DNA from: a virus
Reading direction: 5' to 3' (one strand)
Virus record (IMG/VR): IMGVR_UViG_3300032334_001923
Span: 32,001 to 96,000 of that record
Length of the DNA: 64,000 nt
This document shows, piece after piece, positions 27,515 through 37,080 of this stretch. The notes beneath the pieces were generated by a model. That model was given only the letters and a program-made list of their open reading frames with translations, made no database searches and had not been told where the DNA came from. How positions within the stretch are numbered: the stretch's first letter is position 1; every line of letters starts with the position of its first letter. A program made the position numbers and the translations under genes.

Positions 27515-28459
27515 ATGACAGTTAAGAGTTTTTCAGAATTCATCGTACTTAAAGAATCCCAAACTTATAATATCCCAGGAATAAAGGATATTAGAGGCGG
27601 GGGACTTGAGATAGATGTACACGATGTATCCGATGAAGGATCAGAGCCAGAACATGATAGAATTATTATAACTAAAAAGAACGGAACATCGGTTTGTATT
27701 TCTTACATCAACGACGAAGGAAAGGAAATGGAATCCCTCTGGATTCCACTGAGTGGACTGGATGCGGTAAAAGATGCTGCTGGAAAAATTTCCAAGCTGA
27801 TTCTAGATCCATATAAAAAATGGATAGCTTCAAGCGATAACTTTTCCAAAGTTGATGACTTTATAGAAAACTTTACTGAATATCTAGAGGGTGGAAGAAA
27901 TTCAGATTTCTCTACTCTTGAGAATTCAGCAAAAGACGATGTTGAAATAATTATAGATGTTCTAGGAATACCTAACGGGATCAGAGAGTTTAAAAAAGGA
28001 AATGGTGAATATTGCTGGGAAGCTATTCTTGATAATGGATCATTAGTTGAAATAGTCAAAAGATCGAAAGACGATTTAATGGGATCTTTCAGCTTTTATA
28101 AAAATGAGAGTGATCACATGCCTTCTCTCTGTATTAAAAATTCAGGGACAAATAAAACATCTCTTTTTACTCTTCCTGATAATTTAAAAATAGAAGAAGA
28201 GGTGGGAGTTTCAGATCTTAAAAAATCAGATCCCTATTACTCTTACCTTCTTAAAAAATCATTAGGACTTGAATCTAAACCTGATGAGGACAAGTTAATA
28301 GAATATTTTAGAGATCTAGTTAGCAAAGGTTACCACAAGCCGGATGAATCTTTGGACCCCGAGAAAAACTCAGAAAAACAAGAGAGATCCAAGAAGATAG
28401 TAAAAATTCTTCGAACATTCCTTCCAGCTACAGAGGTTGAAAATCTCTGCATAGCATAA
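27515..28459 (+). CDS. Hypothetical protein with CTS-like leader (MTVKSFSEFIVLKES)
   Basis: ORF tiling and leader motif. Confidence 0.72.
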   Translation: MTVKSFSEFIVLKESQTYNIPGIKDIRGGGLEIDVHDVSDEGSEPEHDRIIITKKNGTSVCISYINDEGKEMESLWIPLSGLDAVKDAAGKISKLILDPYKKWIASSDNFSKVDDFIENFTEYLEGGRNSDFSTLENSAKDDVEIIIDVLGIPNGIREFKKGNGEYCWEAILDNGSLVEIVKRSKDDLMGSFSFYKNESDHMPSLCIKNSGTNKTSLFTLPDNLKIEEEVGVSDLKKSDPYYSYLLKKSLGLESKPDEDKLIEYFRDLVSKGYHKPDESLDPEKNSEKQERSKKIVKILRTFLPATEVENLCIA

Positions 28460-28466
28460 CATCAAC

Positions 28467-28494
28467 GAAACATTTCATCTTTCCTCTCCTAGAA
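28467..28494 (+). promoter_or_regulatory. Putative ECF/phage-sigma-type promoter GAAAC-N17-CTAGAA
   Basis: Intergenic, ends 6 nt before the ATG at 28501. Confidence 0.6.
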
Positions 28495-28500
28495 TTTAGA

Positions 28501-28764
28501 ATGGAGTTAAAGGAGGATTTCCACTTAGATTACGGTCAGACCACAGTTCTTAAAAATTTTAAGGATCCTAAGATAGTGGAGTTTTCTAGATATCAGGATA
28601 AAGAGATTCTGACAAAATCCTACAACTCAATAAAGAAAACAAGCTCGGAAACGCCAAGTATTATTTTAAATGCTCCGTTTAATTTCACGGGCATACATTT
28701 AAAAAATATCGAATATGAACTTGAGATAAAAGGAACAAAAGAGACGAAAAAGAGTAAAAAATAA
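28501..28764 (+). CDS. Small hypothetical protein
   Basis: 87-aa ORF tiling between neighbours, directly after a promoter motif. Confidence 0.6.
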   Translation: MELKEDFHLDYGQTTVLKNFKDPKIVEFSRYQDKEILTKSYNSIKKTSSETPSIILNAPFNFTGIHLKNIEYELEIKGTKETKKSKK

Positions 28765-28768
28765 TAAA

Positions 28769-29443
28769 ATGGGGAGTTTTTTAAGGTCCCTATTTGGGAC
28801 AAATAAAAATAGAAAAAAAATGGACAATTCCGAACAATTAGTACAAGAGACCATCGAAAGATATTCTGGTCTGGATTTTCAATGGGTTAAGGGAGATAGA
28901 TTATCTTCGGTTGAAAAATACAAGAGCGTATATTCTAATGGAGAATTTGTTTTTATAGAGTTTCAAAGCGGGGAAAAAATAAATGCGGATTTAGTAAATG
29001 AATACATGGTAACTTTCCCAGCTTCAAACATAGATTTTACATCAAATCAGGCACCAAATCCTGATCCAAAGCCCAAACAAGTTCCAGCTCCTAAGCAATC
29101 TTCAGTAACGTCTATAGTTTATGAAAATGATGACTCTAAGCAGCATCAAGTAGACTCTCCGATATATAAGCTACTTAAAAAGCAAAAGAAAAACATGGTA
29201 GAGGTTTCAATTAAGATAAAATTGAATCTTCCGCCTAAAGATCTTTATACTGTTTTATTAGGTTCTTTCGATGAGGCAGAAAAAGAGATAATAGATTTCG
29301 TACTTGATGGGGTTGACATAGAAAACATTAAAACTGCTCTAGCTGAGTCTATTAAAAGAAGCTACTATTCACAGAATAAGATAGATTCGGAAAAGACCCC
29401 AGGTAAAAAATCTCAGGATAAATTAACAACAGAAAAAGAATAA
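28769..29443 (+). CDS. Hypothetical protein
   Basis: 224-aa ORF. Alternative start at 28820 has an A-rich leader. Confidence 0.7.
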   Translation: MGSFLRSLFGTNKNRKKMDNSEQLVQETIERYSGLDFQWVKGDRLSSVEKYKSVYSNGEFVFIEFQSGEKINADLVNEYMVTFPASNIDFTSNQAPNPDPKPKQVPAPKQSSVTSIVYENDDSKQHQVDSPIYKLLKKQKKNMVEVSIKIKLNLPPKDLYTVLLGSFDEAEKEIIDFVLDGVDIENIKTALAESIKRSYYSQNKIDSEKTPGKKSQDKLTTEKE

Positions 29444-29444
29444 A

Positions 29445-30035
29445 ATGAATTCGAAAATAGAAGAAAAAGTAATCTCGTCAACCCCATGGTTTGATGTGAT
29501 AGAAAGAGAAGGAAATTTTGGTGTTAAAACCACTGCTGAATCCGTTATAATACTGCCTTTTATTTCTGACGATCAGGGATTACCTCTAATGATAGGAGTA
29601 CTAAAAGAAAGGAATCATTTCAGAGAAGGTGGTTATTCATTAAGTCTTGTCTCTGGTAAATGTGAAGACGAGGATCCAAATTTTTTAGAGACTGCTAAAA
29701 GAGAGTTGAAAGAAGAGTCCGGATTTAATGTTGACGATAACGATAAATGGTTTTTTCTAGGAACAGTAACAGCTTCTAAATTCGTAGATTCTGAGCATCC
29801 TTGTTTTGCTGTCGATGTAACTGGTTTATCTAAAGGAGAGGCAAAAACAGACGGATCTGAAAATGAAAAGCTCTCAACATTTTCTTTCATTCCAGCAAAC
29901 GATGTCGTTAAAACTAAGGACGTTTTTATCCCTGCACTTTTCTTAAAACTTTTCAAATACGTTGTTGGAATGGATCTATATAAGAGAGATGATTCAGTTT
30001 TCGGTAACCCTAAAGGATTCACAGCAGAAATTTAA
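29445..30035 (+). CDS. Nudix hydrolase
   Basis: Nudix box GKCEDEDPNFLETAKRELKEESGF. Confidence 0.85.
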   Translation: MNSKIEEKVISSTPWFDVIEREGNFGVKTTAESVIILPFISDDQGLPLMIGVLKERNHFREGGYSLSLVSGKCEDEDPNFLETAKRELKEESGFNVDDNDKWFFLGTVTASKFVDSEHPCFAVDVTGLSKGEAKTDGSENEKLSTFSFIPANDVVKTKDVFIPALFLKLFKYVVGMDLYKRDDSVFGNPKGFTAEI

Positions 30036-30041
30036 AAAAAC

Positions 30042-30332
30042 ATGGCAAACACTAGTAACCGCAAAGAACAAAGAAAGCTTATTAAGCAATTGGGTCTTAA
30101 TAAATCCAATGGTGGGATTAATGATTTTTCTCTAAATATAGAGATAGGAAAGGAAAAGCACCGTAGACACGTACAGGAAATGAAAAACAGAGAGATAATG
30201 GAAAAGGTCTATACTAATCCTAGCTCAGTAGAATCACAGGATCTTTTTTTTTACAGGGGTCAAGATGGACCTGAATATTCCAATCTTCAGGATCTTTTAG
30301 TTAATAGAAAATGGGACGAAACAGAGGATTAA
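30042..30332 (+). CDS. Small hypothetical protein
   Basis: ORF tiling. Confidence 0.6.
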   Translation: MANTSNRKEQRKLIKQLGLNKSNGGINDFSLNIEIGKEKHRRHVQEMKNREIMEKVYTNPSSVESQDLFFYRGQDGPEYSNLQDLLVNRKWDETED

Positions 30333-30339
30333 TAAGTAA

Positions 30340-30669
30340 ATGACTAAAAAAATCAGCATAAACCTATACGTATCAAAATATTCACCCAAGGAGGCTCGAA
30401 AAAGATCCTGCTTGGACTGTGATTTTTATATAGTAGACATCTCCAAAATAATAAGGGATTTAGGATACGAAACCAGCGAACTGACCAGTGAATCTGAATT
30501 TATCCTAAATTACACCATTCGCAAGAAAATTATTCAGGGAATATATAGTACGAAGTGTGATAGCATACTCGTTTGCTATAAAAGCGTAACCCCTGAATTC
30601 TTAGAAAATCTAGAGAATTTTCTAGAGGAGCTTACAGATTCAATCGAGTACACTATCCACAGTTTGTAA
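30340..30669 (+). CDS. Small hypothetical protein
   Basis: ORF tiling. Confidence 0.6.
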   Translation: MTKKISINLYVSKYSPKEARKRSCLDCDFYIVDISKIIRDLGYETSELTSESEFILNYTIRKKIIQGIYSTKCDSILVCYKSVTPEFLENLENFLEELTDSIEYTIHSL

Positions 30670-30687
30670 AAAAATTGGATAGTTTTA

Positions 30688-32550
30688 ATGCCCAACGGAA
30701 ATCAAGGTTATAACAGATCCTCCTTCGGTCTAATTGACGAGGCTTTATATAATAGTAACGCCAACGCCATTGTATCGAGGTATAGTAACTTGGGAACCAA
30801 TAATCCCAACAAAGGACCTACTGCACGTTCACTCTTTTATGAGGCGGGAAAAAGATATCCAGGTAAATATGGACAATTTTTGCTATATTCTCTGGGAAAC
30901 TTTTCTAATGATTTTATAAATGCCTATTATAGATCGGAATCATCTGAATATAATAGCAGCATCTCTTCAGTTGAGTCAAAAAATCCAACTGCTGGATTTC
31001 TAGTTAGACAAACAGGACAGAATGAACAAATACTTCTTCAAAACAGAGGAATTCTTAGTGGAGTAGTTTCTGCTAATGCCTATAACGGAGCTATCGTTGG
31101 CGGGCTTGCCGCACCGTATTATTGGAAGGATTTTCTTTATTGCAAATACTATGGTGCAATTCCTAACAATTACATGATTACCTTAAGAAGGTTTCCTCAC
31201 CCTATTCTGGATAACTTCAGTATTCCTGATGCCGTTAAAAACGGATCTGCATTTTCGGAAGAAGGATCTGGAAGACCGGTAGCCCAAGCAGTTACTTGGT
31301 TTGGAGGAAACACTGGAAACAGTCTTAACTCATTAATTCAATTCTCAACGGGTATATCTTGGAAAGATGCCAGCCAGGATATAACTAAAACCCAAGAGGC
31401 CTTTTCTAAAGGACTCTGGTTTGATGGGCCTGCCAATTTAGTTGGAAAAGTAACGGACGCACTAGGGACTAAAGGGCTCACCGATGTGGCTAAATCTTTT
31501 ATTGATGGAGCTATAGCTGCTTCAGATCCATCTCAAACAATTACCAATGCAATCAGAGTAAAAGGTCTTAGAGATAGAGCTAAAGAGCAAGGCGGACTTA
31601 TGAGTGAATACATCTGGGTTCCTGTTGACGTTGTTAAGGGAGGACAAGTTAGAGATGTCGGATTACCTTTTACTTGGGGTGAGTTTAAAGTTACATTTGA
31701 GTATGATCTTACTTCAGTTGGAGAGGTAAACTCTAAAGCTGCCTTATTGGATATAATGGGGAATCTTTTATCAATTGGTACTAACTACGGTAACTTCTTA
31801 ACACCAGATATAAGATACAATAGTAATTTCCCAGTGGTTGGATTTCCTGGTGGGAATAAAGGTCTTGAACTCTATTACAAAGATCCGATATCCTGGTTTG
31901 TTAAATACGGAAAGGAGATAGCATCAATAGCTAATCCTGGAGGATCCAACGAGAACGGCGAGGGCGGTGAAGAGACCGGGCCTAGCAAATTAGAAGAGAT
32001 AAAGAGTCAACTTAAAAGTATACTTCAAGCATCTTCTGGAAGTTCTGCTAAATTACAGGAACTTGTTGAGAGCCTAGGAAAAAGTTTGGGTGCAGCAGGA
32101 TCTAGACTTATAAAACTTGCATTAACCTCAGAATTTCTTGAAACGTATCAGGCACCAATCTCACTTTTAACCGGTGCTCCGATAGGGGAATGGCACCTAA
32201 CAATAGGCAACCCGTGCAACCCTATAGCAATGATAGGAAATCTGATATGTAAGGGAGTAAATATAAGCTTTAGTGACGCACTAGGACCTGATGATTTCCC
32301 AACAAGCATTAAGGCTGAATTTACATTATCGCATGCAAGAGATAGAGAAAGAGGAGAGATTGAAAGCATATTTAATAGAGGTGATGGCAGACTTTATCAA
32401 TCATCTAATCCGACTTCGGCTTCTGTCCAATCATATACCGCTTACGCTGATGTTTCAGGAAATATGATGAATGAACAAACTGTTGAAAATTACTTTAACG
32501 GTACGGTGTGGCAGCGCGAGGGACTATTTCCAGAAAATTTGGGTCAATAA
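30688..32550 (+). CDS. Putative baseplate/tail-tube junction protein (gp48/gp54-like region)
   Basis: Located at the start of the baseplate cluster. The C-terminal NLICKGVNISFS..GPDDFPTSIKAEFTL recalls tube-fold proteins. Function inferred from context. Confidence 0.4.
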   Translation: MPNGNQGYNRSSFGLIDEALYNSNANAIVSRYSNLGTNNPNKGPTARSLFYEAGKRYPGKYGQFLLYSLGNFSNDFINAYYRSESSEYNSSISSVESKNPTAGFLVRQTGQNEQILLQNRGILSGVVSANAYNGAIVGGLAAPYYWKDFLYCKYYGAIPNNYMITLRRFPHPILDNFSIPDAVKNGSAFSEEGSGRPVAQAVTWFGGNTGNSLNSLIQFSTGISWKDASQDITKTQEAFSKGLWFDGPANLVGKVTDALGTKGLTDVAKSFIDGAIAASDPSQTITNAIRVKGLRDRAKEQGGLMSEYIWVPVDVVKGGQVRDVGLPFTWGEFKVTFEYDLTSVGEVNSKAALLDIMGNLLSIGTNYGNFLTPDIRYNSNFPVVGFPGGNKGLELYYKDPISWFVKYGKEIASIANPGGSNENGEGGEETGPSKLEEIKSQLKSILQASSGSSAKLQELVESLGKSLGAAGSRLIKLALTSEFLETYQAPISLLTGAPIGEWHLTIGNPCNPIAMIGNLICKGVNISFSDALGPDDFPTSIKAEFTLSHARDRERGEIESIFNRGDGRLYQSSNPTSASVQSYTAYADVSGNMMNEQTVENYFNGTVWQREGLFPENLGQ

Positions 32551-32562
32551 AAAGATAACGAA

Positions 32563-33153
32563 ATGGCTTTACTTATAGATACTTTAGTTGAAAATAAAAA
32601 TATATTTAATCCTTCTGCGGATTTGAATGCTGCTAAATATGGAATTTGGGATCTAACAAGATCTTCAGTTACTTTTAATGGGGTTAGTCCTGAATTAAAA
32701 TCTGTAGTTGTTGTTAGTGAATATTTCCAAATGAGACCAGATTTGATGGCGGTTCTAAACATGGGGGATCAGGGTAAAATGGGGACGCTATTGAAATTCA
32801 ATGGTATAAGTAATCCTTTTGCTATTAAAGAAGGTTTACTCCTAGCTATACCCACAACATCTACCACTGATGATATGATTAGAGCTAAAAAATTAATGAA
32901 TCAAAAAGCTCCTAATTCTAATACTAATACGAATCCAAATCAGACTTTTAGGAAAAATCAGGAGCAAAAAAAATTCGAGGTTAGTCCGGGTAGACAGAAA
33001 TTTTTACAAGACAAGATCAAGAATAAACCAGAGATGGTGCTTCCTCCTAACGTTGCTCAACCTAGTGATAAACCTGTTGTTAAGCAAGATGGATTTTTCA
33101 TCTTTGCTCCTAATGCAGGAGGAGGAGGATTCAACTCACCTTCAACAATCTAA
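32563..33153 (+). CDS. Baseplate wedge protein with LysM-like fold (T4 gp53-like)
   Basis: VSEYFQMRPDLMA..GDQGKMGTLLKFNGISNPFAIKEGLLLAIP. Confidence 0.7.
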   Translation: MALLIDTLVENKNIFNPSADLNAAKYGIWDLTRSSVTFNGVSPELKSVVVVSEYFQMRPDLMAVLNMGDQGKMGTLLKFNGISNPFAIKEGLLLAIPTTSTTDDMIRAKKLMNQKAPNSNTNTNPNQTFRKNQEQKKFEVSPGRQKFLQDKIKNKPEMVLPPNVAQPSDKPVVKQDGFFIFAPNAGGGGFNSPSTI

Positions 33154-33158
33154 AAAAT

Positions 33159-34721
33159 ATGGCGGTTAAAGATCTAATACAAATAGTTAGTCTAGCTCTA
33201 AATAACATTAAGCTCGATGAGATCATTCAGATAGACAAGACTAATGGATCTTCTAATATAGGAGACCTTCAGAATCAAGGTGAAGTCGGAGATAAGATCA
33301 CCGGTCTTTATGCTCCTCTTATAACAATTAATGGTTATAACGTAACTAAATATTTAACCAAATTTCATTTAGACCTTAACGGGTTTCTTCCGACAGTAAG
33401 ATTTTCTTTTATTGCTGCAGAGAGTGTTTTTATCTCAGTTAACTATCCAAAGGATGGCGATATAGTTTCCGTTTACATGAGATCCCCTGGTGATTTTTAC
33501 AAGCCTCTTAGAATGGATTTTAATGTACTGAATGTTATAAGTGAGCCGTCAAGCAGATATTCATCAACAGGATCTGATCCTGACGGGAAGGGAATAAATC
33601 TAAGATTTACGATACTGGGTGAATGTAGAATACCTGGACTTTATACTTCTAGAATAAAGTCTTTCTCTAATCTGACCTCTAACGATTGTTTACTTGACGT
33701 TTCTCAGGAGCTTAATCTTGGATTTTCAACAAATGAAAAAAATACTTTAGATAGGATGACCTGGATATGTCCATCTTATTCTTATTACGATTTCATTCAA
33801 GAGGTTTCTCTCAGAGCTTATAAGGATGATCAGGGTAGTTTTTTTGATTGTTGGGTAGATCCATATTACAATCTCAACTTCGTAAACATGGGGAGCCAAT
33901 TTTCTTTCACTGGTGATCCTAAAGTAAATGCTGTATTCCTTCCAGGTTTTGCAGCAGGTGGAGCTCAAGCGGGAAGTGCTATACCAGGGTCTCCAGATCC
34001 GGATCCTGTTGAAATGCCGTTAGTTCTTACTAACCTAGTTGGATATGGCACAATCCCTTATTTCGTTAACGGGTACACGCTTACATCTAGAGCAGGAGCA
34101 AATACAAATAGGATGGGTTATATTACGGAGATTGGTTTCTATGATGAAACCTCTACTGATAAAGATCCTTCTAAAAAATACATCAAGTATGACATAGAAT
34201 CTCAGACACAAGAAGATATTGGCATAGGAACAATTTTGCAGAAGGGCAGAGCAAGAGATAACGAGTATAAAAACGAGAAAAGAATAGAATGGCTAGGGGT
34301 ATTTAATCCAAAAATTTCTCAGAACGATGGAGTGCATGAAAACTATTTTCATGCAAAATATCAAAATTTAATAAACCTCTCAGATTGCACTAAAATGACT
34401 TTAGAGGTTGAATTGGCTAACTATTTTCCTGGAATTTATAGAGGACAAGTGTTACCTGTAACAATCTATGTAAACGATGGAGGTGTGAGACAACAAAATG
34501 CTGGAGATCAGAAGAATTCTGAAAGTAATACAGCTCTATCTCCTGTTGTGGATAATTTCCTTTCCGGAAATTATGTTGTTGTTGGAATTAGCGTTTCTTG
34601 GAGCTATGCAAGTCCTGGAATGAGACAGCACTTAACATTAGCAAAACGTCAATGGACTGCTAATTCATCAGGATCACTACCAAAGGCTTTCCCTATTTCA
34701 ATTTCAAAGAAATTGTTTTAA
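33159..34721 (+). CDS. Baseplate hub protein (gp27/gpD/VgrG-like)
   Basis: Lies between the gp53-like gene and the spike. Features include DCLLDVSQELNLGF, FFDCWVDPYYNLNFV, and C-terminal LSGNYVVVGISVSW..QHLTLAKR. Confidence 0.55.
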   Translation: MAVKDLIQIVSLALNNIKLDEIIQIDKTNGSSNIGDLQNQGEVGDKITGLYAPLITINGYNVTKYLTKFHLDLNGFLPTVRFSFIAAESVFISVNYPKDGDIVSVYMRSPGDFYKPLRMDFNVLNVISEPSSRYSSTGSDPDGKGINLRFTILGECRIPGLYTSRIKSFSNLTSNDCLLDVSQELNLGFSTNEKNTLDRMTWICPSYSYYDFIQEVSLRAYKDDQGSFFDCWVDPYYNLNFVNMGSQFSFTGDPKVNAVFLPGFAAGGAQAGSAIPGSPDPDPVEMPLVLTNLVGYGTIPYFVNGYTLTSRAGANTNRMGYITEIGFYDETSTDKDPSKKYIKYDIESQTQEDIGIGTILQKGRARDNEYKNEKRIEWLGVFNPKISQNDGVHENYFHAKYQNLINLSDCTKMTLEVELANYFPGIYRGQVLPVTIYVNDGGVRQQNAGDQKNSESNTALSPVVDNFLSGNYVVVGISVSWSYASPGMRQHLTLAKRQWTANSSGSLPKAFPISISKKLF

Positions 34722-34744
34722 GGATAAATATAACAAACTATTAG

Positions 34745-37078
34745 ATGTCATTAGGAGCAACAGATAAACAAAGGAGTCTCTTTCTAAAGGGATTTAAACT
34801 ATCGAAGCAAGGAAATTACGAAGATCCAACATATCTTGGATTTAAGGTACTCTTTGATTTCGGATCACTCCCAGTTGGTGCAGATGATGGTCTTCCTCCA
34901 AGTCCCCTTTTAAAGCAGGGCAGTTACTTATCAGGTGAAACTGGTTTAAACACGATGTACGCAACAAATCCGTTTGGACAACCCCAGTACGATTATAAGA
35001 CCTCAGGTCCTGATGGACCCGTAGCTTTTTACTCTGCTGCTTCTTATCTACAACAAAGAGAAGCTAATTTTCTAAATGGTGGGAGAAGATCTGATATGCT
35101 TATTCAGTTTACCAACAACTTAAGAGATCTTGTAACTAATTATCCTTGGTTCTTACAATCTATATCCGGACTGGATAATTTAAGTAAAGTTGCTAGACCT
35201 GGATTTCAGGATTCAGAGTCAGGTGGATTCAATCCGCATAGAACAGCTGGAAAAACTCTTGAATTTAAAACCCTAGAGTCTTTAAATCTTAGAATGACCG
35301 CTCTGGCAAATCTTTATAATCAAGCAACTTTTGATTATGACAACATGAGAGAGCTGGTTCCTAGAAACCTGAGAAAGTTCACTATGTATATCATGGTTTC
35401 TGAGATAAGAAATTTCTTTAAAACCTCTAGATTACTTGGTGCGTCCGCTGCTCTTCAAACAATAGATAACTTTGCTAATCTTTTAGGATCTGGAAATAAT
35501 CCAGGAAGCAATATAGCAAGCAGCGAAATAGGAAATCTTAATAATGAATACTCAAGAGAAAATTCAAATATCAATCCTGCAAGTTCCTTCAACTCTTTTG
35601 TTGGAAACATATTAGGACAGGCGGGGGTAGATAACGATTTTGCTTTACTTAAAAATCAGCAGGATCAAAGCGGTATAAAACCGGTTATAATATTTGAATG
35701 TAAGAATTGCGAATTTGATTTCACCGAGAGCACACCGATACAATCTTCGATTTCTCAAGGATCTGAAAGTCCCTCTGTGACAACTCAATCTTTTAAAATT
35801 CACGTGGGTAAGGTTAGAATAAAATCTCAATTCCCTAACATCAGACAAGACGGTAAACCTTTAATACTTGGGGATAGCTGGGATGGTGCAAGATCTTCAG
35901 TTCAATCTAATCCAAGAAACACACAAGACATCCTATCACTAGGTGGAGAGCTATTGACAAATTTTGTTAGCAATTCATTAAATGATTTAATCAATGAAGG
36001 AGTTGCTAATCTAAATCAAAGTCTAAGCGGTGCAAACCAATTAGTTTTAGGAAATGCTTACAGCTTTAATCCTAGTCAAGTACTATCTAGTCTATCCTTT
36101 AATAGTGCACAGAATTTCTTAGATAATTTAGGAAGTGTAAATTCTTTAGCTACGAATGGATCTCTTCCGAATCCTCAAACAGCAGGATTAGGAGGTCCAC
36201 CAGAAAGGGTTTACACAAAACCTACAGGGGATTCCTATCCTGAAGTTCCCGGAAAATCCCTCGGAGTTCCTGATAGGGTTTATCCTCAGCCTAATGGGGA
36301 TGTTTACGCTGAGGTTCCAGGAAAAGATCTTGGAGTTCCTGATAGGGTTTATCCTCAACCAAACGGAGACCAATATAGTGAGGTTCCTGGAAAAGATCTT
36401 GGAGTACCAGATAGAGTGTATCCGCAACCTAGCGGAGATGCGTATGTTGAGGTTCCTGGAAAAGATCTTGGAGTACCAGATAGAGTGTATCCGCAACCTA
36501 GCGGAGATGCGTATGTTGAGGTTCCTGGAAAAGATCTTGGAGTACCGCAAAGAGTTTATCAACAACCAACCAGTGATGAGTATATTGAAGTACCAGGGAG
36601 AGATTTAGGAGTACCTGATAGGGTCTATCCTAAACCTACCGGGGATGTTTATTCCAATGTTCCAGGTAAAGATCTAGGAGTTCCTGATAGAAGCTATGAA
36701 TCTATAAACGAAAAAGTTTATCCCGATACTCCTGCAGGTAGTTCTCAAACTCCTCAAGCTGAAAGAGTTTATCCTGAATTGCAAAAGACCTCCGGCGGAT
36801 CTCAAATAGACTCCAAAGGTGTATATCCTGAGGATGCTAAGATTTATTCCAGAGGAGAAATAAGAAGTGAATCAAATGCTTTCACCGAAGCTCCACAGCC
36901 AGTTTATTCACCAAGACCTCTCCAAACTAAAAACAGGGGCGAAATAGGAAAAGTTTACCCTTCAACTGCTGGGGATTTCATTGTGGAAAAACCTTTAAAT
37001 TTAGGAAATTTAAAACCTCCTGACAAGTATAACATAAGCGAAGGTGGATTCAATACACCTAAATCTGAATTTGAGTAA
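34745..37078 (+). CDS. Putative tail/baseplate protein with tube-like N-terminal region and C-terminal 23-aa repeats
   Basis: YEDPTYLGF, TLEFKTLESLNLRMTAL..LY and FECKNCEFD, followed by RVYPQPSGDAYVEVPGKDLGVPD repeats. Confidence 0.55.
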   Translation: MSLGATDKQRSLFLKGFKLSKQGNYEDPTYLGFKVLFDFGSLPVGADDGLPPSPLLKQGSYLSGETGLNTMYATNPFGQPQYDYKTSGPDGPVAFYSAASYLQQREANFLNGGRRSDMLIQFTNNLRDLVTNYPWFLQSISGLDNLSKVARPGFQDSESGGFNPHRTAGKTLEFKTLESLNLRMTALANLYNQATFDYDNMRELVPRNLRKFTMYIMVSEIRNFFKTSRLLGASAALQTIDNFANLLGSGNNPGSNIASSEIGNLNNEYSRENSNINPASSFNSFVGNILGQAGVDNDFALLKNQQDQSGIKPVIIFECKNCEFDFTESTPIQSSISQGSESPSVTTQSFKIHVGKVRIKSQFPNIRQDGKPLILGDSWDGARSSVQSNPRNTQDILSLGGELLTNFVSNSLNDLINEGVANLNQSLSGANQLVLGNAYSFNPSQVLSSLSFNSAQNFLDNLGSVNSLATNGSLPNPQTAGLGGPPERVYTKPTGDSYPEVPGKSLGVPDRVYPQPNGDVYAEVPGKDLGVPDRVYPQPNGDQYSEVPGKDLGVPDRVYPQPSGDAYVEVPGKDLGVPDRVYPQPSGDAYVEVPGKDLGVPQRVYQQPTSDEYIEVPGRDLGVPDRVYPKPTGDVYSNVPGKDLGVPDRSYESINEKVYPDTPAGSSQTPQAERVYPELQKTSGGSQIDSKGVYPEDAKIYSRGEIRSESNAFTEAPQPVYSPRPLQTKNRGEIGKVYPSTAGDFIVEKPLNLGNLKPPDKYNISEGGFNTPKSEFE
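36206..36688 (+). repeat. 69-bp / 23-aa coding tandem repeat, 7 units
   Basis: RVYPxPxGDxYxEVPGKDLGVPD x7. The 69-mers beginning at 36380 and 36449 are identical at DNA level. Confidence 0.95.
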
Positions 37079-37080
37079 AT

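Noticed and set aside
30340-30669. Degenerate P-loop kinase
   Set aside because: The overall layout is vaguely kinase-like, but there is no Walker A motif, so it is left as hypothetical.
36206-36688. 69-bp repeats as a CRISPR or ncRNA array
   Set aside because: They lie inside a long ORF, keep the frame, and vary mainly at amino-acid-tolerant positions.
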